From positions 21,328,001-21,392,000 of the forward strand of contig OX597831.1 in NCBI GenBank assembly GCA_951406725.2: a DNA stretch of 64,000 nucleotides, in the 5' to 3' direction. Made by a program: the position numbers and the translations under genes. Source of the stretch: Octopus vulgaris. Its lineage: Eukaryota. Position 1 is the first letter of the stretch, and the number at the start of each line of letters is the position of its first letter. Shown here piece after piece: positions 1 to 12,396 of this stretch. Below the pieces are notes generated by a model that saw only the letters and a program-made list of their open reading frames with translations, was not told where the DNA came from and did not search any database.

Positions 1-335
1 AGAAGAATCATACATCTATAAAAAGCAACAGGCTGAAGACATTTAATAACAACATCACTAACCACAGCAGCAGGAGAGATCGAACGTAATTGCAGGCTAT
101 ATATTTACGTACGTACATGCCTATACATGTCAATGAAGAGCAATTATTACACACAGGTTCAAATACCCAGATATATATATGTAGATATAAACAACTTACA
201 AATAAGGGCAAACGAAAAAATTTTCTTATGACAAATATGCCGAAAATTGGACGTTTTGTCCATTACCATATAATTTATCACAATACTCACGCTACTCGAA
301 GAAAAGCCGACAGAAAATTCTAAAAAATTCCATTC

Positions 336-395
336 TTACCATATCGGACCGATTTCAGGGTTAGCTCGTAAGAACCCTCCCTTCGTCAGTGATAA
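336..395 (-). ncRNA. Type I hammerhead ribozyme motif (PLE/retrozyme-like)
   Basis: Minus strand reads TTATCA-CTGACGA-AGGG...CCCT-GAAA-TCGG T CCGA-TA-TGGTAA. Stem I is TTATCA/TGGTAA, both core boxes are intact, stem III is near-palindromic, and the cleavage triplet is AUA. Confidence 0.7.
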
Positions 396-545
396 ACGTG
401 GTAAAGAAATAAATGAGATACTTACTCATACCCATGGAAGAAGCAAAACACTAAGTCATGAGCACAGTTAAGTACCCCAAATACATCCAAAATAGAAATA
501 TTCCAGCCCATTCAAGACACGTGCAATTTTAAAAAATATTTTATC

Positions 546-546
546 C

Positions 547-643
<97 letters not shown>
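546..643. repeat. (TAC)n/(CAC)n microsatellite
   Basis: Direct reading of the sequence. Confidence 0.95.
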
Positions 644-645
<2 letters not shown>

Positions 646-659
646 AACAACAAACATAG

Positions 660-1200
660 CAGCTGCTGCGCTGGCAAAATTGTTTGTGCGTTGAGCAGAA
701 CACTTCGTGGCATTTCTTCCAGCTCTTTATGTTCTGCGTTCTGATATATTTTTATTATTATCATTATTTTTATTATCATCATCGTTTAGGCGGATGGCTG
801 GCATTTCGTCTGTCTTTACGTTCTGAGTTCAAATTCCGCCGAGGTCGACTTTGCCTTTCATCCTCTCGAGGTCGATAAAGTCATTACCAGTGAAATACTG
901 GAGTCGATGAAATCGATTAATCCCCTACCCCAAATTTCAGGCCTGTGCCTTTCATAGAAAGAATTATTATTATTATTAACATTATTATTATCATCATGGC
1001 GGCGAACTGGCAGAATTGTTAGCATGCCGCGATATAAAGCTTAGCGGCATTTCGTCCGTCTTCACGTTTTGTGTTCGAATGCCTCCGACGTCGACTTTAT
1101 CTTTTATACCTTCTATAGAATAAGTGCCAGTTGAGTCCTGGGGGTCAATGTGAACGACTTACGCCTCCCTCGAATTTCTGCCCTTATGTATAAACCAGTA
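660..1200 (+). mobile_element. Cluster of three degenerate SINE family A copies (tRNA-like head GGCGGCGAGCTGGCAGAA...GAGTTCAAATTCC)
   Basis: Similar to the full copies at 26803 and 53279. Contains B-box GAGTTCAAATTCC and central GCCTTTCATCC...GGTCGATAAA motif. Confidence 0.8.
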
Positions 1201-1349
1201 CACACTTTCTCTCTGTTTCCCGCCGACACAAATACCCAAACTTATCCATGGAAACACGTATATAGTGCTACACGTAATAGTAGTGTTAATAACAGCACTG
1301 ATAGAAGTATTCATGATATTAGCAGTATTAGTATTAGAAATATTAGAAA

Positions 1350-1391
<42 letters not shown>

Positions 1392-1939
1392 GCAGTAGCA
1401 GCAGCAGCAGATGCAGTAGTAGCAACGGCTGCAGTAGTATTGGCAGCAACCACGGTAGTACAACGCATAGCGGTCGTATTACTCTGGCGTGCGACAGGAG
1501 TAACGGTCATGTTCACACAGGGGTATCATTTACTCGTTAAAAAGCGTTTTCATTATCATTTGTAAATTTGTAAATGTTAGGGTTATATCAGATAACTGAG
1601 TGGACGATCAAGGCATTTAACACTCCATCAATGTCTGTTGTTAGCGTCGCTTGAAGTCGTTGTTGCTGCTGTTGTTGTTGTTGTTCATGGTGGTGGCGTC
1701 TCTCTCCAGAACACTCGTTTGAGCAGACCTTTGAATAAAGATATTCAAGACTGGACCATTTAACTCTTTGTTTGTTCGTTTTTTTTTTGTGTGCATGTGT
1801 GTGTGAGTGTGTGAGCACGTGCATGTGCTTACGTGTTGGTGCACAAGTATATGTGCATATATATATGCTTATATATGTATGTATACATATATATATACTT
1901 ACATATGTATGTATATATATACATAAATACACAAACATA

Positions 1940-1984
<45 letters not shown>

Positions 1985-2163
1985 ACTTATATCTATACGT
2001 AAAGAGATGTACATACATATATACGTGCGTGCAATATGTAAATATATTCATGCATGTGTTTGTGTGTATATATACATACATACATAGTACATGCATACAT
2101 GCATACATACATACATACATACATACATAATACATACATAATACATACATACATACGTATATG

Positions 2164-2230
<67 letters not shown>

Positions 2231-2373
2231 ATTCGAGACAAAACCACTATTTTAAAACCAAACAAGGAAAGACTTAATCAATACATAAAATTTTAATATA
2301 AATTAAATAAATAAAATAAATTTAACCCTAAATCTGATTTTTCCCTGTAATTTTGGATTCATTCCCTAATATT

Positions 2374-2443
<70 letters not shown>

Positions 2444-2444
2444 T

Positions 2445-2606
2445 GTTTGTTCCTTCTCGAGCCACGCTTGGCTCATGAGGGCCAGTTTCCTGGTTTCATT
2501 GGTGTATAGGTTCCCCACCTGGACGGGACGCCGGTCCGTCGCAGGTGAGCTGCTAGATGCAGGAGGAAATAGTGAGAGAAAGTTGTGGCGAAAGAGTCAG
2601 CAGAAG
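2445..2606 (-). mobile_element. SINE family D 3' fragment with a V-domain-like tail
   Basis: Minus strand CTCTTTCGCCACAACTTTCTCTCACT matches the family D body (27490, 50292). It is followed by CTGCGACGGACCGGCGTCCCGTCCAGG, which resembles the V-SINE domain. Confidence 0.6.
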
Positions 2607-2999
2607 TATGTATATGTACATATACGTAAATATATGCACGTGTGTTTATATACACACACATAATCACATTAGCTACTATAGTTACCTTGATTTTTTTAAT
2701 GACAGCTGAATTGTACTTGGCTGCTATTTGTAGCCTATCTGTGATGTCTTTTATCCCTACTTTCACTGGGACGGACAAATCATACACCAATGTAATTTAA
2801 TGTATGTGCATACTGATGTAAGATCCCAACGTCCAGTAAGATTTACTGATATACCTCGAGCAGGACACTGTTTGACGCAGACCTAATGGCTATCTTTAGC
2901 AGTTCATGTGATGAATAGGTGTCTCATTAATTGTTTCGTTTACCTAAGGTATGTGATCTTGGCTCAAAGTAATTGTGAGAAAATGATATATTTATTTTT

Positions 3000-3224
3000 T
3001 TATTGTTCACAGCGGGCTAAACACAGAGTTGGAAAAACAAGGGCAGACAAAGGGATTAATTTGGTTAGATCGATCCGAGTGCGTAACTGGTACTTATTTG
3101 ATCGACCGCGAAAGGATGAAAGGCAAAGTCGACCTCGGCAGAAATTGAACTTAGAGCTTAACCACAGACGAAATGCCGCTAAGCATTTTTCCCGGTGTGC
3201 TAAAGATTCTGCCAGCTCACCGCC
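3000..3224 (-). mobile_element. SINE family A copy
   Basis: Reverse complement of the family A head, central domain and tail. Confidence 0.85.
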
Positions 3225-3509
3225 CCGCAGAAAATAATATATTGACGTAAAAAACACACAAACATCTACATACATACATAGATGTCGGTAGTGGATCTCC
3301 AACGTTGAACAGTGAATACTCACTTGTTTCAAGAATTGAATTATCTGTTGCTAAACCAATAGCTATATAGCTTAGTATTCCAGAGGTATGGATACCGGTA
3401 ACGTAATTCTCAGATAAAATCGGCATGACACAGAAGCTAACAACTTTGTACCTTTTGCATTACATATAGAAGCTTTGAGTCAACTAGAGACTATAGAAAT
3501 TACATCGCT

Positions 3510-3690
3510 TGACAATCGATGCTGGTGTGTTTACGTCCCCGTAACATAGCGGTTCGGCAAAACAGACCGATATAATAAGTACTAGGCTTACAAAGAATAA
3601 GTCCTGGGGGCGATTTTCTCGACTAAAGACGGTGCTGCAGCGTGGTCACAGTCAAATAACTGAAACAAGTAAAAGAGTAAAAGAGTAAAG
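3510..3690 (+). mobile_element. SINE family B 3' half
   Basis: CGCTTGACAATCGATGCTGGTGTGTTTACGTCCCCGTAAC...GAAACAAGTAAAAGAG matches the tail of the full copy at 28982-29370. Confidence 0.85.
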
Positions 3691-4459
3691 TGTATACGCA
3701 TATACATGGGAGCTTACACACACAGAAATCATACAAACGAACACACAACAACATACGACTAGAAATACGACTTTTCTAGATAGAGTCAAGCCAATCAATA
3801 TGTTACGAATAGCGAATAGTAATTATATTAGATACGACTTTGAAACAAAACAATTGATTTTACGCTCTATTGACCACAAAATACGTAATACACAAAGAAT
3901 ATCAGAATGTAATTAAAACACCTGCTAGATATAACAGCCAAAAGAAATAATGGAGTTAACAATGAAGATAAACATGATAATCATCTGTCGGAATATATCA
4001 TTATGGTAATATCTCCCTGTGAAATACTGATATAGCAGTCGTAAAATTCTACAATTTCCTCATAGAATACATGGTGTTGAAAACCATAACACTGTGATAT
4101 CGATATAAAGGCTGGTATATATTATGATTTCGTACAGCGAAGACACTTGTAGAATTCAGTCTAGCTGGCGTTAACACTGCATTTTAAGTTGAAGCAAAAT
4201 ATGAAATGTATATCACGGTTAAATGTAAAATAACACCCATGCATCAAGTTTAGATTCATGCAACAGATATTTGGAGACACTTGGCTGTAGAACTCACTGT
4301 TTCAGAAATAACATAACTTGCGAAATTTCATAAATGGAAATGACACTGAAGAATTTCACCGTTTACCTTCGATAAATTTACGTCCGTGGTTCGTCTTCTT
4401 TCTCAGTATCTTTCTCAGTATCTCTCTGTTCTCTCCCTCTCTTTCTGTATACACAGATG

Positions 4460-4461
4460 TA

Positions 4462-4544
<83 letters not shown>

Positions 4545-4545
4545 A

Positions 4546-4592
<47 letters not shown>

Positions 4593-4696
4593 TTAACTAT
4601 CTCTCTCTCTATATGTATGAATATATGTATATATATGCATATGTACTATATATATATATGTATATACATACATATACATAAATATATATATGTATG

Positions 4697-4734
<38 letters not shown>

Positions 4735-4757
4735 TACATACATATATATATATATAT
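4460..4757. repeat. (ATCT)n and (TA)n microsatellites
   Basis: Direct reading of the sequence. Confidence 0.95.
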
Positions 4758-4966
4758 GGCCGCAGCTCTGAGCTGAAAATAGGAAAAAAAAAAAATATAT
4801 ATATAAAGCATGTCTTTCTAATTCATAATTCAAAATTTTTACCATTGATAAACAAAAAATATTGTTGAAACTAGAGTGGTATATATGTAAATAAATTTGG
4901 TTTAAACAACTGCAACTTTTCAAATTTAGGTGCATTTTCAACACCAGATTTGCCTATATATATATA

Positions 4967-6433
4967 TACCCAGAATCACATTAATAGTAGAGGAGTAAAA
5001 TTCAGGATTTCTCAGTTTTCTGTCAATTGATTTTGATAAAACGTTTACCAGCTGGTTTGCATACTACGGCAACACCTTAATTATGATTTCATTATTCTCT
5101 GTAACGTCCTTACTTTGTTTTATTTCAAATACTTCAGTTTTGGGGTGAACCACGCTATTACCGTATGTCCTCTTTAAGAACAATGAGACGTGGAAAATGC
5201 CTTAAAGATGAAGAAAAGTCTGTCATCTTCAAGGAAAGTGCTAAAGGCACCCTGTTCACGTCATTGTGGAGAAATTAGGATATCGTGTGGACACGGTTGG
5301 ACGATTCATGAAGGACCCTTAGCCAAGGAAGAAACGATCCGATTGTGGGACTTCCAAGATTAAGAGAGCTAGAGATTTAAGGAATATTGGCCGCAAGTTA
5401 CATTGGTAAACCTGGACAAACAGCCAAAGACATTTCTACTGCCTCCAGACTTCCTAATGTACAGAAAAACCACCAAAAATCGGATCCACGGAACCATGGC
5501 TTCCCATTGAGAACCCTTGAAACTGCTTCCTTTAACGCACCGTTACAGGTGTTTTAGGCTTCAATGGGCCCAAAAATACATGATGTTAGACATGAGTTGT
5601 GTTCTGTTCACTGACGAAGCTAGGCTCCTTGACGGACCTGACGGTTGGACAAATGAGATGAGCGTCATAAACGTTAACGACTTCAACAGCTGGATAAAGG
5701 AGTCATGCTGTGGGCTAGTATCATTGGGGACTGACTTGTTGGCCCTGTCAGGGTACCTGAAGAAGTTAACGTGACCGCAGCTGCCTACTGAAATCACCCG
5801 AAGAAGGACTTGGATCCCTGGCTTGATGACATACCGCTGTCACTTCTAAGAAATCAATCTCGTAGTCATGCATGACAACGCTACCCCTTACTCTGCTAGG
5901 ACCACCAAAACATTACTAGGGTCTTACGACATTCAAAGTGAAAAGTTGATGGTGTGGCCACCAGCATCTCCTGATATCAAACCTATCGAAAATGTTTCGT
6001 TCATCATTAAACAAGATGTTTAAGCTGATGGACGTCAATTTAAGTCGAACGATGACATATGACCGACTATCAAAGAAATTGAGAGATTCCATGACTTATA
6101 GTTTTTGAAATTATCCGTCGAAATGGCGCTCATGTGGCTAAATAAATCATTAAGTCAATAAATGTTATAATACGTATTATGGGTTTCTGTTAATAAAAGT
6201 CTACCTGACAAAATAAGTCTCCCTGGGCTATATTAATTCAAAAGCTATTAGCGTGGTTCACCTCCCAAAATGAAAAAGCTGAAATAACAAAAGAAAAGAC
6301 ATTACACAGAATAATGTAAACATAACAATGGTGTCGCCATAGAGCGCAAACAAGCCGGGGAAATTTCTATCAAAATCAATTCACAGCAAACCGAAAAATC
6401 CTACATTTCAATCCTAAGTTATCAGTGACGTTG

Positions 6434-6439
<6 letters not shown>
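4967..6439 (+). mobile_element. Decayed Tc1-superfamily DD37E (TRT-like) DNA transposon with ~200-bp degenerate TIRs
   Basis: Imperfect inverted repeats at ~4967-5160 and ~6247-6439, flanked by TA tracts, enclose a transposase pseudogene. Confidence 0.85.
5183..6145 (+). pseudogene. DD37E transposase pseudogene (frameshifts and stops)
   Basis: Starts MRRGKCLKDEEK and contains VLFTDEA..LDGPDGW and MHDNATPYSA...KLMVWPPASPDIKPIEN. There are 37 codons between D (5874) and E (5988). Confidence 0.85.
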
Positions 6440-6480
<41 letters not shown>

Positions 6481-6490
6481 GTCTGCCTGC

Positions 6491-6648
<158 letters not shown>

Positions 6649-7237
6649 CAGTATATATGTATATATTGTTTGAATTTAAACAATAAAAAAAATTATTTGA
6701 GATGGCATTTTTCTAAAATATTCTTCCACAAACATAGCGTTAGCCTTAGCTATTTTCCTTAAAGAGAACAAAAGCTATATTTTAACAAAATAACAAATTG
6801 ATCGTCTTCTACTGCGTAACAGTTTATATGTGTGCTAATGTGTATGCGTGTGTGTGTGTGTGTGCTTTGGGGGGCTGTCTGTTTGTGTTTGTGCTTTTGT
6901 TTGTCTCTGTGTGTGACTGTGTGTGGATGTGTGTGTTTATATGTGTGAGTGTATATGTGCGCATGTATGTGTGTGTGTAGGTGTATTCAAAAGTAAGATG
7001 TATTGAATGTGTTTATCTTTGTTTACCGATTTATCTCCTGCAGTAAATTCAAGGAATATGAAACCAATTTGCTACAGGATATTCTGTATAAGGTTCTTAT
7101 CGAAAAAGAAATTACTAATTCGTCTCTACTTTATTGTATCGAATAACATCACAGCAAACACACACACATACATACACACATACTTACATACATATGGATA
7201 CACATTTAAATAAATAAATATATATATGTATGTATAA

Positions 7238-7250
7238 AATAATAATGATG

Positions 7251-7295
<45 letters not shown>

Positions 7296-7309
7296 TAATA
7301 ATAATAATG

Positions 7310-7345
<36 letters not shown>

Positions 7346-7362
7346 TAATGATAATAATGATG

Positions 7363-7428
<66 letters not shown>

Positions 7429-7443
7429 TCAATAATAATAATA
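7238..7443. repeat. (AAT)n microsatellite
   Basis: Direct reading of the sequence. Confidence 0.95.
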
Positions 7444-7548
7444 GGGAATATGATTCCAAACTTACAGGATATATTTTTATAAATATCTATCTTTTCTTAT
7501 AAGATAATATACGTACATCTATTTAATTTTCTCTTATTGTTTTTATCT

Positions 7549-7633
7549 TGGACCTGATGAGTGTCTATATTTAAAGTGAATTTATTTTACTGTTACCAGT
7601 CTGAAAATATAGGCACGAAACACGTGTAGTCTA
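7549..7633 (+). ncRNA. Type I hammerhead ribozyme motif with canonical core
   Basis: TGGAC-CTGATGA-GTGTCTATATTT...AAATATAGGCAC-GAAA-CACGTG-TA-GTCTA. Stem I is 5 bp, stem II is 12 bp, stem III is the palindrome ACACGTGT, and the cleavage site is GUA (after 7628). Confidence 0.8.
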
Positions 7634-7811
7634 TTTACTAATTATATACTATTTATTTATTATTTCGTACTTTATTTAGTTCTAGGTTAATTCTTTAATC
7701 GCATTTTAAATTTTTTTCTATATGGTATGATTTAATTATATCATTGTTGAATTGCTACATGGTGATTCTTTTCTAATTTATACACACACACATACATATA
7801 TATACACTCAG

Positions 7812-7862
<51 letters not shown>

Positions 7863-7899
7863 GGGGAGGTGTAAGCATATGATATATATATATATATAA

Positions 7900-8290
7900 A
7901 GTTGAAATTTATAGAAAAAAAAGAAAGACGAAGACAGGTGTATAAACAAGAAACAGGTGTATTAGTTTGACACTCTGAAAGTTGAGAAAGTTTTTTACGT
8001 TTCGAGCATACGCTCTTCAACAGAAAGGAACACGATGAAATAAACAAACTTTTGGATTTAGCGGTCAATCATGGCGACTGGTTGGACAAAGGTAGTTAGA
8101 CAGATGAGCTAGGAAGAAGGGGAGATAATAAAGATCTGGTAATCCCAAACTGAAAATGCGGGAGTAGGTGAATATATGTGTGTGTATTGTGTGAGTATTT
8201 GCGTGTGTGTATATGCATAGAAATACATATAAACACAGGCACGCGTACATACCTACGCCAAATGTCTTTGGGGTGTATCTGACCATGACC
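7900..8290 (-). mobile_element. Short (TA)-terminated repeat family H carrying a hammerhead-like motif (motif 7991-8028)
   Basis: Homologous to 14520-14750 (+) and 28770-28965 (-). Minus strand reads TTT-CTGTTGAA-GAGC GTAT GCTC-GAAACGTA-AAA. Confidence 0.65.
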
Positions 8291-8438
8291 TGTAAACGTA
8301 GATAATATATGTTTGACAGCTCGAGAGAACGAGTGAGAGAGAAAGAAAGGGCAGGATAAGGCCAGAAATTGAATCCATGTGTTTATGATCTTGATGCTAA
8401 AAATTTAACCACTCAGTTTCATGTGTCGCTATGCGACA

Positions 8439-8506
<68 letters not shown>

Positions 8507-8510
<4 letters not shown>

Positions 8511-8840
8511 TCAGTGGTTAGAGCGTCGAGCTTACGATCGTGAGGTTGTGAGCTCGAATCCCGGACCGGGCTGCGTGTTGTGTTCTTGAGCAAGACACTT
8601 TATTTCACGTTGCTCCAGTTCACTCAGCTGTAGAAATGAGTTGCGACGTCACTGGTGCCAAGCTGTATCGACCTTTGTCTTTCCCTTGGATAACACTGGT
8701 GGCGTGGAGAGGGGAGGCTGGTATGCATGGGCGACTGCTGGTCTTCCATAAACAACCTTGCCCGGACTTGTGTCTAGGAGGGTAACTTTCTAGGTGCTAT
8801 CCCATGGTCATTCATGACCGAAGGGGGTCTTTACCCTTTA
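8507..8840 (+). mobile_element. SINE family C (tRNA-Arg-like head with ACG anticodon, CORE-like body)
   Basis: A-box TGGCTCAGTGG, loop CTTACGAT, B-box-like GCTCGAATCCC, then TGTGTTCTTGAGCAAGACACTT. Other copies lie at 14180 and 34878. Confidence 0.85.
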
Positions 8841-8864
8841 TATATAGATGTATGATATATCGTC

Positions 8865-8950
8865 TACCTCTGATGAGCGCAGGGTTACATAGTTGGATTG
8901 TTACGTAACATTCCGGTGAACCCCTAATGCGAAACAGATTGATAAGAGCT
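8865..8950 (+). ncRNA. Variant or degenerate hammerhead motif
   Basis: CTGATGA (8870), a long stem II (AGGGTT..TGTTAC/GTAACA..AACCC) and GAAAC (8931). Stem III CAGATTG-ATA is non-canonical. The 3' part recurs at ~11203-11250. Confidence 0.4.
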
Positions 8951-8988
8951 GCTGGAATGGATATATATAATAATGAAAACTTCGGATA

Positions 8989-9021
<33 letters not shown>

Positions 9022-9556
9022 CTCACCTCCGACTCGTTGTCACCTTGGACGAAATACAAAGAAACAATGAATAAATTTCAAGTTATGCTATTTCACGTGC
9101 ATCTATATTTAAGTATTTATCTATGATGTTGAAATGCGAGAGTCTGAGTGGAGGCGACCACAGGCATTACAGTGTAGTTGACAAGAATATTTTGGTTAGG
9201 GTTTAATCGCATTTTTCATCACCTTGGGCGAGTATCTTTTGCTGTAGCCCTGGGCACACCAATGCCTTATGAGAGAATTTTCTAGACAGAAGTTGCGTGG
9301 AATCATGTCAATTTAATGACTAAAAGAAAATAGAAGATAAACTAGAGTGTTTAGAATGACGGCCATTGGACCAAAAATGATAGATAGCATGTGTGAAAAA
9401 ATTGTGTGAGATTGGGAAAGAGGGGGAGAGAGAAAGGGGAGACAGAGATAGAGAAAGAAAAAGAGAGACAGGGAGACAAAGAGACAGAGAGAGAGAGAGG
9501 ACGAAAAAGAGACAAAGAGAGTGATTTGAATTTGAGACAGAGACAGAAGACGCGAT

Positions 9557-9603
<47 letters not shown>

Positions 9604-10088
9604 AAGATGATTGAAAATGAAAATAATGGAGACATAAAATCAATAACTGAATGTAGAACGCATTTATATTGCATAAAGATTGAGAAAAAAACTGTATATA
9701 TGTTTATATATATATATGTGTGTATACACACAAATATATATGTGTATACACACAAATATATATGTGTGCGATGCGTCTGTGTGTGTGTGCGTCTGTGTAT
9801 GCGTGCGCAGGCATGCATGTGTGTGTATGCGTTTATGTGTATGTGCAGACATGTATATGTGTGTGTGTGCATGCACGTATGTGTGTGTGTGTGTGTGGAT
9901 ATGTAATGTAATACATATGTATAACTTCCTATTCTAAATCTGAAATTGCTTTAAGTGTTATCAAGATGTAAGAAGCGAGATACAGCATGAAAGAGATATG
10001 GAGATAAGCAAAGATGGGTAGATACATATATATCTATATGTGTGAGGGTTAAGTATGTGTGGATGTGTGGGTATATACATATACATAA

Positions 10089-10141
<53 letters not shown>

Positions 10142-10158
10142 CACATATATATATACAC

Positions 10159-10192
<34 letters not shown>

Positions 10193-11009
10193 ATATTTGA
10201 CATATATATATATATGTGTGTGTGCGTATATTTGACATATATACATATACTTACATAATGCATATATATATATATATATATACATATCATGAAAGGCAGA
10301 GGGAGAGAGAAAGAGGAGAGAAAGGGTGAGAGAGAGAGGGAGAGTGTGAGCGCAGTACATCTGGCAGGGCATAAGATGAAATCACATAAAACGAGTGCTT
10401 GCACTGCATGACCTTTCACTGATGCACAGACTGTCTCTTTCGTCTCTTTAGAGATTAAGAACTTATTGAATTCTTCATGGCATCTTGTGGCGTCTGATGA
10501 GCTTTATATCCATGTAATGCCGGTAATTCCGCATGCATTAGCAACCTACACACGCGTACACACACACGCACGAACACGTGCACGCACACACTTGCATACG
10601 GAGAAACACATGCAGACACAGAGAGAGAGAGGCTGTTACTGTCTTTACGATCATTTCCATGCGATACAACTGTGTATTAGAGAAATCATGTGTGTTTATG
10701 TCAATATCTTTCTTCCTCTATCCCTCTCCGCTCCCTCCTCTCTCTCTCTGTATTCATCTATGTGTCTAAGTGTTTAAATATATATCCTAATTACCAAATG
10801 GCTCTTAAGACCAGCTCCATAGAAGAAAAGGAGATAATCTTAAGAATGAAGAATTTTTCCGAAGATGAAATACCATTAAGAAAAGAGCAGGCTTATTAGG
10901 TTATTTTCTGGAAGTATGAGAACGGTTTTGGGCGGCTGTTTCTGCTGCAAAAGGAGTCACGAAAAGGTGAATTGTTCAAACTTCACTTCTGTACCCAAGT
11001 GGTTTAGAG

Positions 11010-11170
11010 GGAAGTGGCGGTGTGGTATGTAGCTCGCTTCACAGCCGCATGCTGCCGGATTTTATCCCCCGGCTTGGCACCTTGGGTATCTGTCTACTAC
11101 TATAGCTTCGGGCCGATGAAGGCTTTGTCAGTGGATGTAATAGACAGAGACTGAAAAAAGCGCGACGTAC
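11010..11170 (+). mobile_element. Degenerate SINE family B 5' half
   Basis: GTGGCGGTGTGGTA...TGGCACCTTGGG...GAGACTGAAA aligns with the copy at 28982. Confidence 0.7.
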
Positions 11171-11428
11171 ATTCACTCACACAAACAAATAAACACACAC
11201 CACACAGATTGATAAGAGCTGTGTGGATATATATATAATACTGTAAACTTGTGTGTGTGTGAGTGTGTATTTGCATAATAATGCGCCATTATGGGAAAGG
11301 ACATTAATTAAGGTAACGTAAATAAACCACAGTTAGCATAATTATTAAATTGTCAGGAAATTATTAGTAAAAATGTTTTCCGTTATACACAATCGTATCT
11401 CATAGAAATAATCGCAGCATGGAAATAA

Positions 11429-11742
11429 GACGGCGAGCTGGTAGAAACATCCGGGTCGATTAAATAAGTACCAGTTACACACTGGGGTTGACATAATCGA
11501 CTTAATCCGTTTGTCTGTCCTTGTTAATCCTCTCTGTGTTTAGCTCCTTGTGGGTAGTAAAGAAATAGGTATTTCGTCTGCCGTTACGGTCTAAGTTCAA
11601 ATTCCATCGAGGGCGACTTTTCCTTAAGTCCTATCAGGGTCGATAAATTAAGTACCAGTTACGCAATGAGATCGATCCCTTTGTCTGTCCTTGTTTGCCC
11701 CCTCTATGTTTAGCCCCGCATGTGGGCAATAAAGAAATAAGA
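11429..11742 (+). mobile_element. SINE family A tandem dimer (first unit internally deleted)
   Basis: The tail ...AAAGAAATAGG joins TATTTCGTCTGCCG of a 5'-truncated second unit at ~11568. Confidence 0.85.
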
Positions 11743-12396
11743 AACAATCGCAGCCAGAAATACCCTGTATGTGTCTGCATGTGTTTCTCAGTGTGCGTGT
11801 GTATGTCTGTATGCGTCGTGTGTTTGTGTTTGTGTGTGTGATACAAGTACACATAAAAAAGGATACAATAATCTTTACATAACAGCTGTTTCGGGTGAAG
11901 CATGACTTTGGAATTCAGATTTTGGTTTCTCTGAGTACATCTTGGTCACTATCTGTGCCACGAAACGCATCGTTTAGTGTCTTGCAACAAACACACATAC
12001 ACACACACACACTTATATACACACAAACGCACCCTCTCTCTCTTCTCACACACACACACGCGCGCACACACACATATATGCACACGCATATATATGTGTG
12101 TGAGAGTGCCTATGTGTGTGCCTGTGCAATAGAGGAACCATACGAAAACAATTCTACTCATACGAAAACAACAGACTTATAGTTTTCCTGTAAAAAGTTA
12201 AAATAGTACTCGGTTGTATTTAGAAGAAAAGGGCTAATAAGACCGAAACCAGGCTTAAACTGTCAGCATACATTAAACATCAACATGTTTGCCTTTAATA
12301 CATGAGCAATCATCTCCCTATACATACATACATTCGTACATACATACATTCATACATACATTCATGCATACATGCATACATACATACATACATATC

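Noticed and set aside
8507-8580. tRNA-Arg-like sequence (also the heads at 27340, 47600-47675 and 50140)
   Set aside because: The acceptor stems are imperfect and each continues into a repeated SINE body, so these are SINE heads and not tRNA genes.
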